Positions 14,488 to 23,196 of a DNA stretch of 64,000 nt are shown here, piece by piece. Positions within the stretch are counted from its first letter, which is position 1, and each line of letters begins with the position of its first letter. The notes under the pieces were generated by a model. The model saw only the letters and a list, made by a program, of their open reading frames with translations, had not been told where the DNA came from and made no database searches. Location: the NCBI GenBank assembly GCA_963553085.1, contig CAUVLR010000001.1:5342-69341 (forward strand). The letters are read 5' to 3'. Position numbers and translations under genes: made by a program. This stretch comes from an uncultured Candidatus Saccharibacteria bacterium (GTDB taxonomy: Bacteria > Patescibacteriota > Saccharimonadia > Saccharimonadales > Saccharimonadaceae).

Positions 14488-15588
14488 TTTGCTAGCAAAG
14501 CTACTGTCGCTCGGCACATTGATATATTCTTTGATCACCCCTCGCTGCCGTAGCTTAGCGAAGTCCTGATCCAGCTTGGTCAGCTTGACCATGACCAGCT
14601 GGTAGGTCATTTCTTTCTTGTTCTTATTTATCAGCTTGGCAATGTAGTAGTAGTCCGAGCTATCCAGGCAGACTTTCTGTACGCTGGTCGTCTGACCCGG
14701 CTCCAGTCGCTGGATTAGCTTGACCATACCGGTCGGATCTCGACCGGCTAGACTAACCGTCCGGTTGACGTTTGCCCCCGCTGCATCATCGTCGCTCATA
14801 TCCTTAGCCACCTGGGCGAAATCCACCCCCGATTCGATCAGGCGCTTAGCCTTATCGATCTTAGACTTGGCTTGTTGGTCTATCAGGTACGACAGCTTTT
14901 GACTGAGCATCTGGTCTTTAATCGTCGCCCGATAATCATCCAGCGTCCAGCCGTAGAAGCTCTGGAGTGTATCCGTCAGGTCGTCTTTGGTTGCTCCGTC
15001 AGCCTCTCGCATCGACTTGATCTTAGCGTCGACCTCACTGTCCGATACGCTCACGCCGGATTGCCCGGCCAACCACTCCACGTAGGCAGCTTTCTCGGTC
15101 ACCTGTAGGTCCTTCCGCTTGAGATAAGCCAACTCCTTACTACCCTCCTTGCTATTGAACGAACGTCGCTCTCGATTAATGTAATAAGAAATGTCTGCTC
15201 GCAGACGACGCAAGTAGTCTTGGTAGCGCACCGGGTGGCCATCGACCGAAGCGACACTTAGTGGCAAGACCTTGGTGACATTGTAGTAAAAGTTGCTAGT
15301 TTGCTGCTGCCGATAGAGTGCATTTTGAAGCCAAAGCCCGAAGCCGGTGGCGGCGACGATGGCCAGTATCACAGTGACGACCAGCAGACGCTTCTTAGAG
15401 TACTGTACCGGATACTTGAGCCGGCGACCCCGAGCTAAGATACTCTGCCGATGCTCATCGATATTATCACTGGTAATGCGCACCGGCGACAAGCTAGCTC
15501 GACGGCGGAACAGCTTCGCTCTTAGCTTGCCGCCCAAGCGTCGCTCCTTGCCTGGCGAATCATTTATTTGTTCATTACTCTTACTCAT
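14479..15588 (-). CDS. Membrane-anchored SurA/PrsA-like chaperone (PPIase-like)
   Basis: 369 aa with an N-terminal TM segment and a SurA-N-like helical region. The parvulin-like C-terminal part is a weak match. Confidence 0.45.
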   Translation of the reverse strand: MSKSNEQINDSPGKERRLGGKLRAKLFRRRASLSPVRITSDNIDEHRQSILARGRRLKYPVQYSKKRLLVVTVILAIVAATGFGLWLQNALYRQQQTSNFYYNVTKVLPLSVASVDGHPVRYQDYLRRLRADISYYINRERRSFNSKEGSKELAYLKRKDLQVTEKAAYVEWLAGQSGVSVSDSEVDAKIKSMREADGATKDDLTDTLQSFYGWTLDDYRATIKDQMLSQKLSYLIDQQAKSKIDKAKRLIESGVDFAQVAKDMSDDDAAGANVNRTVSLAGRDPTGMVKLIQRLEPGQTTSVQKVCLDSSDYYYIAKLINKNKKEMTYQLVMVKLTKLDQDFAKLRQRGVIKEYINVPSDSSFASKEN

Positions 15589-16097
15589 CAGTTCTCTTCC
15601 TGGGCAGATGCTCCCCGGTGACTACGTTGCACCGCCCGATTAAGCCTACCGCAAATTTGTTCACAGCTAGCAATCTTAGTCATGACCATATCACCGGCCA
15701 TAGTCTGGAGGATGATCGTACCATAGCCCGCCATGCTGCCTCGTAGCCCGTCGATATTATACTGGATATTCTCTACTTTAGCCAAATTAATATCGGTAGT
15801 GGTCTTGTGGAATAACCCTCGCTGAATCTGCTGACGGATCCGCTGACTGGTCACGATATTGACGCTATAGTACCAGCTCAGCCAGGCACCAAAGATCTTG
15901 AGCAGTCCAACTACGACCAAGCCAAGCGCTACATACCAGCTCCACGAATATTGACTCCACTGCATCAATACGCCTCCGCCGACCGCCAGCAAAGCTATGC
16001 CCGGCCAGCTCGACTCCAGCATCACCGAATAATGCCGGCGAAAGACGAAGTCAACCTGCTCGCCTGCTTGCTGCCCAACGAAGCTCTGCTTTACCAT
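15588..16097 (-). CDS. Membrane protein with bacterial PH domain (bPH_2/YdbT-like)
   Basis: Two TM segments followed by YSVNIVTSQRIRQQ...GTIILQT, the bPH_2 pattern. Start taken at ATG 16097 (MVKQSF). Confidence 0.55.
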   Translation of the reverse strand: MVKQSFVGQQAGEQVDFVFRRHYSVMLESSWPGIALLAVGGGVLMQWSQYSWSWYVALGLVVVGLLKIFGAWLSWYYSVNIVTSQRIRQQIQRGLFHKTTTDINLAKVENIQYNIDGLRGSMAGYGTIILQTMAGDMVMTKIASCEQICGRLNRAVQRSHRGASAQEEN

Positions 16098-16103
16098 GCC
16101 TAT

Positions 16104-16112
16104 ATTATAGCA
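16104..16112 (-). promoter_or_regulatory. Extended -10 box TGCTATAAT, 6 nt upstream of the ATG at 16097
   Basis: Read directly on the minus strand. Confidence 0.5.
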
Positions 16113-16230
16113 AAATGACGTTGCTTCTACCTGAATGACCATTGACACGCCGCACCATAAAGCCATAGGCAAACAGCAAGCCAGCTACACCCGCTACCCC
16201 GGTGTAAGTACGTATATGTCCAATAATTCC

Positions 16231-16306
16231 TGGTAGCCCAGATACGAGTCGAACGTACAACCTTCTCCTTAGGACGGAGCTGCTCTATCCATTGAGCTAC
16301 TGAGCC
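16231..16306 (-). tRNA. tRNA-Arg (CCT)
   Basis: Manual cloverleaf: GGCTCAG/CTGGGCT acceptor with two G.U pairs, D arm GCTC/GAGC, anticodon loop GTCCTAA, T loop TTCGACT, encoded CCA. Confidence 0.8.
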
Positions 16307-16371
16307 ACAGCTAGATTATAGCATAGTCGTGGCGACTCCGTCTAACAGTAGTGACTGAACACTACGTTTAC

Positions 16372-17700
16372 TCAGTGCTTTTTGATACTGTGAAAGAAGT
16401 TATTCAGTAGATAGAAGGGTACGTCATATAGATTGTCCGTTTTCTTGTAGTTCGCTACCGATGAGCGGACTGCCAGACGTGGTTGATACTTATTCATATA
16501 CACCGCCAAGCTCTTAGCTCGCAGATTCGTACCGCTCTTGACCTCGACCGGCACGATCTGACTGCCAGTCTGGACGATGAACTCGACTTCGGCTCGTGAT
16601 TGCCCATCCATCGCCCAATAGCAGACATCCAGACCACCATCGACTTGCAATTCTTGCAGAGCTAACTGCTCGGCCAACGATCCCCGAAACTCAGTAAAGA
16701 CTTGGTTGCCTTCCAGCAAGACTTGCTCGTCTAGACGTACCATAGCTGCTAACAGCCCGACGTCTAGATGGTATAGCTTAAAGGCACTCGCATTGGCATA
16801 CGACATGATCGGTATCCGGGGAGGTTCCAGCCGATTTATCCGACGCACCAGCCCCGCTTCTTCCAACCATGCCAGTGCCAATTCATATTCCTTTGCCCTT
16901 GCTCCCGCACGAATCATGCCAAAAACAAATTTGGCATTTTTCTTGGCTAGCTGACTTGGGATGATACGCCAGACCTGCTCGATCCTTCTCGCAAAAGATG
17001 CTTCGGGGGTATGCTTGCTAAAGTCATTAGCATAATCAAACAAGATATTATCCTGGATCCGTCGCACTTCATTCCACGATCTCTGCTCAACATAGCTAGC
17101 CACCACCTCAGGCATTCCGCCGACATAACAATAGGTCTTGATATAATCGATCAGTCTATCATGAAAAGGCGCCAGTAATTCTTGATCCATCGACGTAGAC
17201 GTGATCATCTCGACCAGATGCTTCTCGCCTAAGGCCAGTAGAAACTCCCGAAATGACAAAGGCGCCAGCTCTAGGTAGTCCACTTTGCCGACCGGGAAGG
17301 ACGTACCTTGATGAGTGGCTACACCCAGTAGACTACCAGCTACGACAATATGGTACTGAGGGGCATTTTCGCAAAAGTACTTTAGCGCCGTGAGCGCCTT
17401 GGGTACTTCCTGGATCTCATCCAGCACGATCAAGGTGTTATCGGGCTCAATGTCCACGTTCGTCTCAGCTTTCAGGCTCTGGATTAATCGGTTAACGTCA
17501 AAATCTCCGTCAAAGAGTGCCGCCATGCGGGAATTGTTATCCAGGTTGACGTACGCCGTCTGCCGGTACTGAGTCCTGCCGAACTCTCTGATCAGTTCTG
17601 TCTTGCCTACTTGGCGAGCACCTCGAACGATCAGTGGTTTACGGTGTAGGCTCTTCTGCCAAGCCTTCAGGTCTTCAATCTTTTGACGATACATGTACAT
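16372..17700 (-). CDS. AAA-family ATPase with DUF4143-type C-terminal domain
   Basis: 442 aa. KPLIVRGARQVGKTELIREF Walker A and LIVLDEIQ Walker B, the general architecture of AAA_14/DUF4143 proteins. Confidence 0.8.
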   Translation of the reverse strand: MYMYRQKIEDLKAWQKSLHRKPLIVRGARQVGKTELIREFGRTQYRQTAYVNLDNNSRMAALFDGDFDVNRLIQSLKAETNVDIEPDNTLIVLDEIQEVPKALTALKYFCENAPQYHIVVAGSLLGVATHQGTSFPVGKVDYLELAPLSFREFLLALGEKHLVEMITSTSMDQELLAPFHDRLIDYIKTYCYVGGMPEVVASYVEQRSWNEVRRIQDNILFDYANDFSKHTPEASFARRIEQVWRIIPSQLAKKNAKFVFGMIRAGARAKEYELALAWLEEAGLVRRINRLEPPRIPIMSYANASAFKLYHLDVGLLAAMVRLDEQVLLEGNQVFTEFRGSLAEQLALQELQVDGGLDVCYWAMDGQSRAEVEFIVQTGSQIVPVEVKSGTNLRAKSLAVYMNKYQPRLAVRSSVANYKKTDNLYDVPFYLLNNFFHSIKKH

Positions 17701-17743
17701 AATGACAACTTCCTCTCTTCTACTGCTAATTATGCCATGTTTT

Positions 17744-17830
17744 TACATTTTTTGTAAGGAACTTTTGGTGATTTACTACACTTTTTGTGACGAACTTTGG
17801 CGCTATCGCTACACTTTTTGTAAGGTACTT
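17744..17830 (-). promoter_or_regulatory. Three 21-nt direct repeats phased at exactly 33 bp upstream of the ATPase gene
   Basis: TACATTTTTTGTAAGGAACTT (17744-17764), TACACTTTTTGTGACGAACTT (17777-17797), TACACTTTTTGTAAGGTACTT (17810-17830). Confidence 0.6.
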
Positions 17831-17849
17831 CATGACTCACCCACACATA

Positions 17850-17912
17850 CTGTAATTTCCCCTTCACGCATAGCTCGAGTTGGTCCGAATAGCACAGGTG
17901 GTCTCCTCAGGC
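17850..17912 (-). repeat. Arm repeat, inverted solo copy (locus 3)
   Basis: CTGTAATTTCCCC...CACAGGTGGTCTCCTCAGGC, homologous to 877-939. Confidence 0.8.
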
Positions 17913-17935
17913 CTACTGCTTAGTCAGCCCTCATT

Positions 17936-18036
17936 CTTCATCTACATCATCATTTCCTTCAGACCCGCCTGGCTGGCTCGTGTGCTGCTGAGCTTCAAGC
18001 GCACACAGTCTTCAGGAAATGATCAGTAGAGTGAAG
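17936..18036 (+). repeat. hpB copy 3 (variant carrying compensatory substitutions)
   Basis: Apical stem is GTGTGC/GCACAC instead of GTGCAC/GTGCAC. Confidence 0.85.
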
Positions 18037-18082
18037 GACAAAAGACACCCTCTTATGTGCTAAGGGCTATCTAATACTTTAT

Positions 18083-18205
18083 ATGGGGGGCTGATAGATT
18101 CATCACATCAACCTCAGACCTGGCGCTCATAATGTACCACTGGCGATTGATTACTTGTAGGACATTGATTAGTCTTCGGTTGTCTGTGATGAATCCGCCC
18201 CCCAT
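18083..18205. repeat. palC: 123-nt palindromic insert, the only copy in the window
   Basis: ATGGGGGGC..GATTCATCACA pairs with TGTGATGAATC..GCCCCCCAT. Lies between hpB copy 3 and an elA fragment. Confidence 0.7.
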
Positions 18206-18219
18206 GAAAGCCTTCCTGC

Positions 18220-18275
18220 GGGTAAAGAGCAGTACTTGATGGTTAACGAAGACTGTTGATACGACAGTAAGCTAG
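18220..18275 (+). repeat. Degenerate fragment of the elA 5' arm
   Basis: GGTAAAGAGCAGTACTTGATGGTTAACGAAGACTGTTGATACGACAGTAAGCTAG aligns with the elA core GGTACGAGCAGTACAGTGTGGTTGACGAAGGCTGTTGATA..CAGTAAGCTAG. Confidence 0.65.
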
Positions 18276-18284
18276 ATGATACAC

Positions 18285-18488
18285 ACGTAATTTCCTCGGT
18301 CTCATTGCTTAGCCAACCTCAGTCTAAGGTAGACACTCCTGGTACGAGTAGTACAGTGTGGTTGACGAAGGCTGTTGATATAGCAGTAAGCTATCCAGTG
18401 CACGTGGTAGTTTATACGGTGCCAAGCCTGAGGAGACCACCTGTACTACTCGTACGAACCCGGATTATATGTGGAGGGAAATTACAGA
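18285..18488 (+). repeat. elA copy 3 (short form)
   Basis: Termini GTAATTTCCTC / GAGGGAAATTACAGA and conserved arms. Confidence 0.85.
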
Positions 18489-18560
18489 ATCTGCCTTGAA
18501 CCACTCCAGCCCATCGCTAAAAGTCCCTACATTCTTCATCTTGTGCGACATTAGGTAAAA

Positions 18561-18569
18561 TGCTAAAAT
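18561..18569 (+). promoter_or_regulatory. Extended -10 box TGCTAAAAT, 7 nt upstream of the xer ATG at 18577
   Basis: Read directly. Confidence 0.5.
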
Positions 18570-18576
18570 ACGCCTG

Positions 18577-19530
18577 ATGACCCATGACAAAGACGCTAAA
18601 AATGATGAATTTTACCTCGCCGACCTGATCATGGACTTCGTCGAGTACATCGAAATAGAGCGAGGCCGATCCATCCGCACCGCCGAGAACTACAACCTGT
18701 ACATGGACCGACTGGTCGAATTCGCCGGCAACATCCCCGTCAGCCAAATCACCGACGAGCTGGTCAGAAAATATCGTCTGTGGCTGAACCGCTTCGTCGA
18801 CGAACAAGGGCGTGAGCTCTCGCTCATCACCCAGAGTTATCATCTGATCGCTCTGCGGAGCTTTCTCAAATATTGCTCGCAGCGAGACATCCCCACCCTG
18901 GATGCCAGCCGGGTCAACCTACCCCGCACTCAGAAGAAACAGGTCTCCTTCCTACTGGCGGAAGAGGTGGCTCGGCTATTCGACGCCATTCCGCTTGACC
19001 AACCTAGCGGACTGCGAGACCGAGCCATCATCGAGCTGCTCTTCTCGGGTGGCATGCGAGTCAGCGAGCTATGTAGCATCAATTGCAACCAGCTCAACCT
19101 GGATCGGCGAGAATTCACCGTCAGGGGCAAGGGTGGTAAAGACCGCCCCATCTTCATCAGTCAATCAGCCGCTGATACGATCGAGCGATATCTGCAGACT
19201 AGGTCGGACGGGCTCAAGCCGCTCTTTCTCAATAACTCTCGCAATATCGTCGAGAGTGATGACGTCGACCTCAGCGAAGCTCGCCGTCTGACTCCCCGCT
19301 CGATCCAGCGAATCGTCAGTAAATATGCTCAAGCAGCTGGCATCACCAAGCATGTCACTCCCCACACTCTGCGCCACTCTTTCGCTACCGACCTGCTGAT
19401 GAATGGCGCCGACCTGCGCTCGGTCCAGTCGATGCTGGGGCACAGCAATATCGCCACCACCCAGATCTACACTCACGTGACCGACCCTCATCTCAAGGAA
19501 GTACACGACAAATTTCAGAGCAACCTGTAA
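18577..19530 (+). CDS. xerC: Tyrosine site-specific recombinase, XerC/XerD family
   Basis: 317 aa. SAM-like N-terminal domain, [38 protein letters not shown] (R-H-R-Y catalytic pattern). Confidence 0.9.
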   Translation: MTHDKDAKNDEFYLADLIMDFVEYIEIERGRSIRTAENYNLYMDRLVEFAGNIPVSQITDELVRKYRLWLNRFVDEQGRELSLITQSYHLIALRSFLKYCSQRDIPTLDASRVNLPRTQKKQVSFLLAEEVARLFDAIPLDQPSGLRDRAIIELLFSGGMRVSELCSINCNQLNLDRREFTVRGKGGKDRPIFISQSAADTIERYLQTRSDGLKPLFLNNSRNIVESDDVDLSEARRLTPRSIQRIVSKYAQAAGITKHVTPHTLRHSFATDLLMNGADLRSVQSMLGHSNIATTQIYTHVTDPHLKEVHDKFQSNL

Positions 19531-19610
19531 AGCACTACCACTAGGCTGGTGCAATATCGCCACCATCATCGAGATCGCAGCCTGAGACTGCGATGCCCAC
19601 AGCGAACTAA

Positions 19611-20894
19611 TTACTTACACCTGTCTTCACCCGTGTCGTACTGTACTTCTATGTCTTTACAGACTTTACCGTTAGTATCGATGACATACTCCGGCCACCA
19701 GTTCGTACTGTCGGCATTCTTGTCAAAGCTAGGCTTGAGCCGAGCCTGAATCCGACTAAAGGAATCAGATGATCTACCGGTCACATCAACCAGTGGCTGA
19801 ACGCCGTCGAAGTAGAGCTTGTTCTTGCCCTGGTATGCCGTGATCTTGAAGTGAGTACTACGATAGATGGCATTGATACGCAGATAATATGTTTTATCAG
19901 TATAAAGTGACTCTTTATTGAATATCGTTTTACAGGCATACTCTTTATTACTGCCGCTTTGACAATATGCTTCTACGATCGGCACACCCTTATGATATTG
20001 AGAGTTTGGCGCAATCTTATCCTTGTTACTAGATGGGTATTGAGGCTGGTAGTTACCCAAACGATAACCGCCCTTACCATTACCGCTCTCCGACGGACGC
20101 AGAGTCAGAGCGGTGTCGCTACCTGTCAGGTCGTTCAAATTAAAGCCACCTTTAGGCACACCAACTCGCTCGACCCGAAGGACTGCCGGTCGGTTGCTGC
20201 TATTCCAAGTAGTGGTCGTAGGTAGACCGGTGCCATTAGCGCCATTCATGTCAGCCGGGTTATCACCATCGTTGCCGGTAACGTTGCGGTGCCACTCGAT
20301 CTCTAGTCTATCAATGACGGCGGCTTGGTTATTTGCGTCCACTACCCTGAGCGGTACGATGACCGACTTGCCCAAGTTATTCACTATCCCCTGGTAGTTG
20401 TCAGTCTTAGTGGCGATCTTTAGACACTGATAATATTCGTTATTCTCGTTTTTGCCGCCACTATTATCACCGACTCTAACTCGGTAGCCTCTACCATTAT
20501 CCTCTTTTTCGACCTTGAAGTTGCTTGATTGCGTGATATCTACTTGCTCAAGTATCTTGTCACAGTCCCTACCCTCCAACTCGGTTGAAAGTTTACCAAT
20601 CACCTCAGAGCATAAATTTTTATCAGCCTGGCTAGCATAGTCACCACTCGCTTGGCGCTTGTTATAACAGTAGACGATCAAGCGCTTAGCATCCTCAACG
20701 CCCGACTCAGCCGCAATCTTAGCTGACGACTGGAGAGAGTCATTTAGCGCCTGGCGAGACGCTGAGATGACCACGAAGGTGAAGCTGACGGCGATCGCCG
20801 CAAAGAGCATCATAAACATAGCCACGGTCACCATCGAAGCTTGGCCCGACTCACGATCACCCGGTCGACACCGAGATACTAAGCGAGAAATCAT
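19611..20894 (-). CDS. PilX-like pilus assembly protein (last gene of the minor-pilin operon)
   Basis: 427 aa. N-terminal hydrophobic helix [22 protein letters not shown] resembles PilX_N. Start overlaps the upstream stop (ATGA). Confidence 0.5.
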   Translation of the reverse strand: MISRLVSRCRPGDRESGQASMVTVAMFMMLFAAIAVSFTFVVISASRQALNDSLQSSAKIAAESGVEDAKRLIVYCYNKRQASGDYASQADKNLCSEVIGKLSTELEGRDCDKILEQVDITQSSNFKVEKEDNGRGYRVRVGDNSGGKNENNEYYQCLKIATKTDNYQGIVNNLGKSVIVPLRVVDANNQAAVIDRLEIEWHRNVTGNDGDNPADMNGANGTGLPTTTTWNSSNRPAVLRVERVGVPKGGFNLNDLTGSDTALTLRPSESGNGKGGYRLGNYQPQYPSSNKDKIAPNSQYHKGVPIVEAYCQSGSNKEYACKTIFNKESLYTDKTYYLRINAIYRSTHFKITAYQGKNKLYFDGVQPLVDVTGRSSDSFSRIQARLKPSFDKNADSTNWWPEYVIDTNGKVCKDIEVQYDTGEDRCK

Positions 20895-21628
20895 ATCTTA
20901 CTCCTTTCGTAAACAGTGAAGGTATACTTGGCAAATGAGCAATATTGGTTCTTAGCCGGGGTGAATGTGTCTGTCGAGTCAACTATTCCGTTATCATTTT
21001 TATCTATCCACTCACCACATTGCCAATAAGAGTTGGGGTTATTCTGACTGGCATCAATATGAACGATTCCGGTGTTATCGGTATAAGCTTTGATCGGTCG
21101 GTTCGCCCCCTCGGTCGAGACTACTACGCTGATGGTTAGCAGAGGCGCATCAGTCTTTTGCTCCACTTTGAACTCCTGGATCGTTGCTCCTCGCCCCAAC
21201 AAGATATGAACATTGGAATCGGCGCTCGGCAGCCCCGGCTGCTTCTTAGGGTTGCTGCAGTATTCACCTTTCGGGTCGTCGATCCGAGCCAGCCGGATCG
21301 GCGTCCCATCAAGATAGACATTATCCTTCTCGTTATGGTCATCAATATCCTGCTGCGTATTCCACAGGTAAGACACACCGTTGATGCACATCCGACGATT
21401 GACAGTATCTACCGTCGCTGCCGGGCTGTAGCGAGCCTTATCACCGATATCGCTATTCATCTGCTGACCGGCTTGGTTGATCTGAGCCAGCCAGATGCCT
21501 TTATTATACGAACGGACGATATTGACCGTAGTAGCAGCCAAGATGAAGATGATGAAGCCAACGAAGATCAGAGCCGTCGACACCTCGATCAAGGTAAAAC
21601 CGCTCTGTTTGTCTGATAGTCTAGCCAT
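20891..21628 (-). CDS. Minor type IV pilin with prepilin-type N-terminal cleavage/methylation domain
   Basis: KQSGFTLIEVSTALIFVGFIIFIL. Confidence 0.75.
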   Translation of the reverse strand: MARLSDKQSGFTLIEVSTALIFVGFIIFILAATTVNIVRSYNKGIWLAQINQAGQQMNSDIGDKARYSPAATVDTVNRRMCINGVSYLWNTQQDIDDHNEKDNVYLDGTPIRLARIDDPKGEYCSNPKKQPGLPSADSNVHILLGRGATIQEFKVEQKTDAPLLTISVVVSTEGANRPIKAYTDNTGIVHIDASQNNPNSYWQCGEWIDKNDNGIVDSTDTFTPAKNQYCSFAKYTFTVYERSKI

Positions 21629-21655
21629 GTCTTATCCTTTCCTATCCTTCACTAC

Positions 21656-22264
21656 TTACTTATAGTACACCCGTACGTTAGATTCCATTCGCCCTGAGCC
21701 CGGCTGTTGCGCCGCATGTGGTGTCCAGCAAGCCCGAACGTAGAAGTCGATATAGCCGGGCATATCGCCCTGCCCATCGTGCTTGTCACCCTCGATCCAG
21801 ATACCTCGGCTATCTTCATTACCATTACCATTTTTACTACCCGCTGCTTCCGGCTGTCCGTAGACGTTATTCGTCAGATCAGTGGTTTTTGCCGGATTAA
21901 GCTTATGTATTTCTACCGGCGATGTACCGCCACCCACACTCAGGTAGAAGCCGCCATTACCAATCTCGCAGCCATTTTGACCAAGCTTTCCATTTGGCTG
22001 AGTATACTTATTAATGATCTTATCGTAAGTATCCTTATTGGTGACCGGATCGTCAAAGACGTAGCGCAGTAGCTCCGCCTGGCTACTCAGGCTAGCTCGC
22101 ACCGAAGTCCGCTCGACCGCATTTGACACCCCCATCAATCCCCGATTAATGACCGCCAGGCTAGCCGCCAGCATTAGCCCCAGCACCGCCATCGCCACAG
22201 TCACCTCGACTAATGTGTCGCCCCGTTCTGCTTGATTTCTCTTCATCCTTGCCCTCATCATCAT
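21656..22264 (-). CDS. Pilin-like protein with a divergent prepilin signal
   Basis: ERGDTLVEVTVAMAVLGLMLAASL. Confidence 0.6.
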   Translation of the reverse strand: MMMRARMKRNQAERGDTLVEVTVAMAVLGLMLAASLAVINRGLMGVSNAVERTSVRASLSSQAELLRYVFDDPVTNKDTYDKIINKYTQPNGKLGQNGCEIGNGGFYLSVGGGTSPVEIHKLNPAKTTDLTNNVYGQPEAAGSKNGNGNEDSRGIWIEGDKHDGQGDMPGYIDFYVRACWTPHAAQQPGSGRMESNVRVYYK

Positions 22265-23196
22265 TATTGATCCAAATTACTACACGCCTCGGCTACATCT
22301 TTGGGCCCCACATTGTTCACCCCGCCGTCCCAGTTCCAGTTACCGCCCGCTACGTTAAAGTTGTTTGACGTACCCGCCGGGTTATCACCGCCGGGTATAC
22401 AGATGACACCGCCGGGGTAGCCTAGGCCGCTATTGCGTACCGCCAATACTACTTTGTCATCTTGCGACATATTAGCCTTAGCTACATTTAGGTTTATTTG
22501 CTTCAGACCATTAACCGGCGCATTGGGCACGTTATCTAAGACCACCGCCGGGACGACCACCAATGAACCGTCGACCGGACTGCGCATGATGGCAATATTG
22601 TTGGTTTGATTAGGATTCGGATTGCTGGGATCAGAATCATATAGACTCATATTAGTATTGCCAATCAGCCAAACCTTCTCCAATTTATTGCTGCCTATTT
22701 GCTTGATCGTAGGGTTAAGACCGGCGTCATTCCCGCTAGTATCAGTCAAGGCATATAGCGTCACATTACTGTCCTTACTGTCCTTCAGGTTATCAAAACC
22801 CGTCTTGGTGCTGTCCGGCCACTTAGAGCCCGTCCCCACCACAGCAATGATAAAGCTGACTTGGACACGACCGACCTCGCCGTCATTATCAAAGGTCAAC
22901 AGACGCCCAATAATGTAGCAGTCGTTGTTATTGCCGGGGATAGCCGTATTCTTACACTCTGATACGGGCCCCATCTTGTTAGTGCTCACATCACCCTCAG
23001 TCAGGCGAGAATTGATGCCGGAGCGAACCTCGTTATACTGCTGCTTGATGAAAGACTGGGTAGTGACCAGCGAATCACGGAAGCGACCTCGCCCGACCAT
23101 AGCCGCCAAGCCAAAGGTCAGTAAGACCAGTGTCGCCGACATGGCGATGGCTAGCCCGGTCTCAAGTACGGTATATCCACCCTCTCGCTTCATCAA
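22264..23196 (-). CDS. Pilin-like protein with a divergent prepilin signal
   Basis: REGGYTVLETGLAIAMSATLVLL. Coupled to its neighbours by overlapping stop and start codons. Confidence 0.6.
   Translation of the reverse strand: MMKREGGYTVLETGLAIAMSATLVLLTFGLAAMVGRGRFRDSLVTTQSFIKQQYNEVRSGINSRLTEGDVSTNKMGPVSECKNTAIPGNNNDCYIIGRLLTFDNDGEVGRVQVSFIIAVVGTGSKWPDSTKTGFDNLKDSKDSNVTLYALTDTSGNDAGLNPTIKQIGSNKLEKVWLIGNTNMSLYDSDPSNPNPNQTNNIAIMRSPVDGSLVVVPAVVLDNVPNAPVNGLKQINLNVAKANMSQDDKVVLAVRNSGLGYPGGVICIPGGDNPAGTSNNFNVAGGNWNWDGGVNNVGPKDVAEACSNLDQ

Noticed and set aside
18305-18499. ORFs of 64-106 codons inside the repeats (18305-18499, 37182-37397, 37514-37834; also 17693-17923, 35796-35984, 10983-11207) that share the peptide TSSTVWLTKAVD
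   Set aside because: The shared peptide only reflects the conserved nucleotide arm. The reading frames, starts and stops are not conserved between copies, and copy 4 lies on the other strand. They are treated as non-coding.
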